A stretch of DNA of 46,623 nucleotides, from the IMG/VR virus record IMGVR_UViG_3300046025_000015, positions 1 to 46,623 of that record; one strand, written 5' to 3'. Source of the DNA: a virus (Duplodnaviria > Caudoviricetes). This document shows positions 44,286-46,623 of this stretch, piece after piece (the first letter of the stretch is position 1; each line of letters opens with the position of its first letter). The translations under genes and the position numbers were made by a program. The notes beneath the pieces are model-generated. The model ran no database searches. It saw only the letters and a program-made list of their open reading frames with translations, and was not told the origin of the DNA.

Positions 44286-45769
44286 TATTGAGGAGAGCCG
44301 CCGTCCGGCTGCATCCCAGGCTGCTGTTGCTCGCCATCGTCGCCGGGCTGGAGCGACTGTTCAAATTGCTCCTGGACCTGCGAGTCCTGTTCGTCCAGTG
44401 ATGTCTGCGCCATCGGATCCTGTACGTCCTCGGGCGCTTCTGCCCCGCGTTCTGGTTGCCAGTCGAACACTTCTTCGCGGATTTCGGGGATCGTCGCCAA
44501 GAGGTCCGGGGAGCCGCCAGTGGCGTTCTTGAGCGCGGTCGCCTTCGCCTTCATGATATCAGCCTGTTCGGCTTCCGAGGGTTCCGATAACGGTGGCCAC
44601 TCGACTTCATACCCATCGCCCTGGGGTTCAGGGAGGATACCCAATTCGAGGAAATGATCGACGAGTTTTCGAAGGAGGAGTGGTTCGGCGTGGGCATTTC
44701 GTCGGGAGCCGATATACTGATGCCACCGCTGGCGGTCTTCGGTCGTCGCGCGCTCACCCGTCTCGTTGCCCTTGATGAACGTCTGAGGGATGCCCGTCGC
44801 TGCCGAGATGGCTTCAATCTGTGATTCGACGTGGTCTGCCGGGGAGGCGACATCCCCGCCCAGAGATTCGATGTCCCCCCCAGAGGGAAAGAGCGTCCGG
44901 CGTAGGTTGTGGCGGTATTCCTCAATCTGGTCTGCGAGCCCGTCGCCGCCGTCCTCGAACCGATAGGGCTGGCCGTCCGGCCCTGTCGGCGGGTTGACGA
45001 CCAGGCCCTGCCAGGCGCCCCGCCAGAACATTTCCGCGCTGCCGGCGAGAATCTTCTCGGCGTCGAGCAGGGGGTTCGCTACCTGGAGGAGTGCGGGCTG
45101 AGAGTGAAGATCGTCCTCATAGCGGTCCTCCCCGACAATGTGGACAGCCCGGGTATGGTGGATCTGTTCAGTCCGGCCGTCTTCTACTTCGATCTCGAAT
45201 GACTCGGGCAGGCCATACCGCTCGCTTGTGAGGTTGCCATCTACCTCGAACCCCTCGATTCGACCCTCATCGAAGGGCGCGATGTAATCGAGGTCATCCA
45301 AGCCAGTGAGACTCCCGGGCGCAACGGGCTCTTGGAGATTGTCGCCGGGGAGGCCGAGGACAACTACCGCGTATTCGCCGAGTCGTGCGTAGAAGTCAGT
45401 CGTGTGCAGGCGATTCTGAAGCGAGCGTCGGGTGGATTCGCCATCCCACAGCTTGGTGATGGCCGTCTCGAACGCTGTCTCCTCGCCGTCGTCGCCATCT
45501 TTGTCGATGGCATCCGTGACCTCGGGGGGTTCCTGCCAGGTGTCGTCGACCGGCCGGTCGATGATAGGACTCGCATAGGGATTGCGGTGATACCACTGCC
45601 AATAGACATCGAAGGTGAGGTTCTGCGTCTTGGGATAGCCCACCGCATCGTAGAGATTACGGTTGCCGCCGTCGGCGAAACTCTGTGTGTGTCGTGACCG
45701 AGAAAAACGGTCGGTGGCGTGGCTATTCGTCCGGATGCCAGCACCGCGAGTGAAATTATAGTCAGGCAT
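44285..45769 (-). CDS. portal protein (DUF1073-like)
   Basis: ARLGEYA, RYGLPE, IHHTR, ATGIPQ and EWPPL..SE.E.A; follows the terminase. Confidence 0.88.
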   Translation of the reverse strand: MPDYNFTRGAGIRTNSHATDRFSRSRHTQSFADGGNRNLYDAVGYPKTQNLTFDVYWQWYHRNPYASPIIDRPVDDTWQEPPEVTDAIDKDGDDGEETAFETAITKLWDGESTRRSLQNRLHTTDFYARLGEYAVVVLGLPGDNLQEPVAPGSLTGLDDLDYIAPFDEGRIEGFEVDGNLTSERYGLPESFEIEVEDGRTEQIHHTRAVHIVGEDRYEDDLHSQPALLQVANPLLDAEKILAGSAEMFWRGAWQGLVVNPPTGPDGQPYRFEDGGDGLADQIEEYRHNLRRTLFPSGGDIESLGGDVASPADHVESQIEAISAATGIPQTFIKGNETGERATTEDRQRWHQYIGSRRNAHAEPLLLRKLVDHFLELGILPEPQGDGYEVEWPPLSEPSEAEQADIMKAKATALKNATGGSPDLLATIPEIREEVFDWQPERGAEAPEDVQDPMAQTSLDEQDSQVQEQFEQSLQPGDDGEQQQPGMQPDGGSPQ

Positions 45770-45778
45770 GACGAATCG

Positions 45779-46623
45779 CTACTCGGCCCACGTCGAGGGG
45801 ATCGACTGCGTGCCGCCCGTGTCGCCCATGACGGCGTAGCGGAGGGCGTCGAGGGCGTGGTCAGTTGCTTGGGCCTTCCCGACGTGGTCCTCTTGATACC
45901 CGAAGAACTCCTGAATGAGTGGTGTACAGGAGTCGCTCACGAGGAGCCCGGGTTTGCCCGTATTATCTCGGGTGAGGAGATCCCGCACGACGGGGATGCC
46001 CTCGTCCAGATCTTTCGCCGCAGCCGTCACGCGATAGCCCGCCTGTCTGAACTTTTGGTAGTGTTCAGGTTCGTGTTCGGCGTAGAGCATCCCACGGGGC
46101 TTCTCGTTCGACTGAAGCCACTCGATCGCGTCTTCGACCGAGGTCTCCGTCTCGTAGAACAGATCGAGGACCACATACTGATCGTGGGGTGTTTTCCCGA
46201 TTTCTACGACCGCTCGCGGGTCGTTCCAGCCGTGGTCATAACCGTAGATCCGCCAGTCGTGGGTCCGGCGAACGCGCTCCTGGGCCTCCCTACCGGGGAT
46301 GACGTGGTGTTCGCGGGAGAACCGATCATAGACCAGGCCCTCCGCGGCGGCGAAGCCCCCCGCAAGCCCTTGCTGCTCGGCGGATGTCCCCTCAAACTGC
46401 CGGATGAGCTTCTCCTTCTCGCTCAGGAAGGGGTTTTCACGAGAGTCCGCGAGGATATTCGTGATGCGGGCGGGGATGGGGTCCCCATCTGGGGTTTCCT
46501 GTTTCTCGACGAACTCGTAGAATTGGTTGTAGCCATTTCCGGTCGACGTCCAGAGGGTAACGTTCGGGCCGGCCTGGGTGCGCTGCCGAGAGAGCAGCAT
46601 CTTGTTCAGTTTGAACAGGTCCG
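45779..46623 (-). CDS. terminase large subunit (5' end outside the window)
   Basis: STGNG, ENPFL, GYDHGWNDP (RNase H-like Asp) and DHALDALRY. Confidence 0.92.
   Translation of the reverse strand, partial: DLFKLNKMLLSRQRTQAGPNVTLWTSTGNGYNQFYEFVEKQETPDGDPIPARITNILADSRENPFLSEKEKLIRQFEGTSAEQQGLAGGFAAAEGLVYDRFSREHHVIPGREAQERVRRTHDWRIYGYDHGWNDPRAVVEIGKTPHDQYVVLDLFYETETSVEDAIEWLQSNEKPRGMLYAEHEPEHYQKFRQAGYRVTAAAKDLDEGIPVVRDLLTRDNTGKPGLLVSDSCTPLIQEFFGYQEDHVGKAQATDHALDALRYAVMGDTGGTQSIPSTWAE

Noticed and set aside
44285-45769. Possible anti-CBASS Acb1 label sometimes attached to DUF1073 proteins
   Set aside because: Size, motifs and position between terminase and MuF fit a portal protein.
1-46623. CRISPR array, integrase/att sites, replication initiator, tail sheath, DGR or invertase
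   Set aside because: None recognised by eye. Integration and replication genes may lie outside the window, so provirus versus plasmid state cannot be decided.

Overview
This window looks haloarchaeal: GC-rich DNA, very acidic proteins, GGAGGTGA ribosome-binding sites, TATA/BRE promoters and CPxCG mini-proteins. It is most of a temperate, siphovirus-like head-tail virus (provirus or phage-plasmid), encoded almost entirely on the minus strand. From the right end leftwards it carries terminase large subunit (truncated by the window), portal, MuF/gp7 head protein, prohead protease/scaffold, decoration protein, major capsid, head-tail joining genes and tail tube. Next come tail assembly chaperones joined by a -1 frameshift site, a toxin-antitoxin-like moron, tape measure, a two-beta-helix spike, tail hub and fibre genes, and a possible lysis pair. 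Between the late genes and a regulatory switch region lies a compact four-gene type IV secretion/conjugation-like operon (8617-17362). It encodes a pilin-like protein, a VirB6-like membrane protein, a VirB4-like ATPase and a VirD4-like coupling ATPase. The coupling ATPase has a C-terminal PD-(D/E)xK-like region and a winged helix, so it may be fused to a relaxase. The left end is an early/accessory operon with two DNA methyltransferases and many unannotated Cys-rich micro-proteins. The main candidate novelty is a tailed archaeal virus that may also spread by cell contact. No integrase, replication initiator, tRNA or CRISPR array was recognised. All family assignments come from motifs and gene order read by eye, not from database searches.
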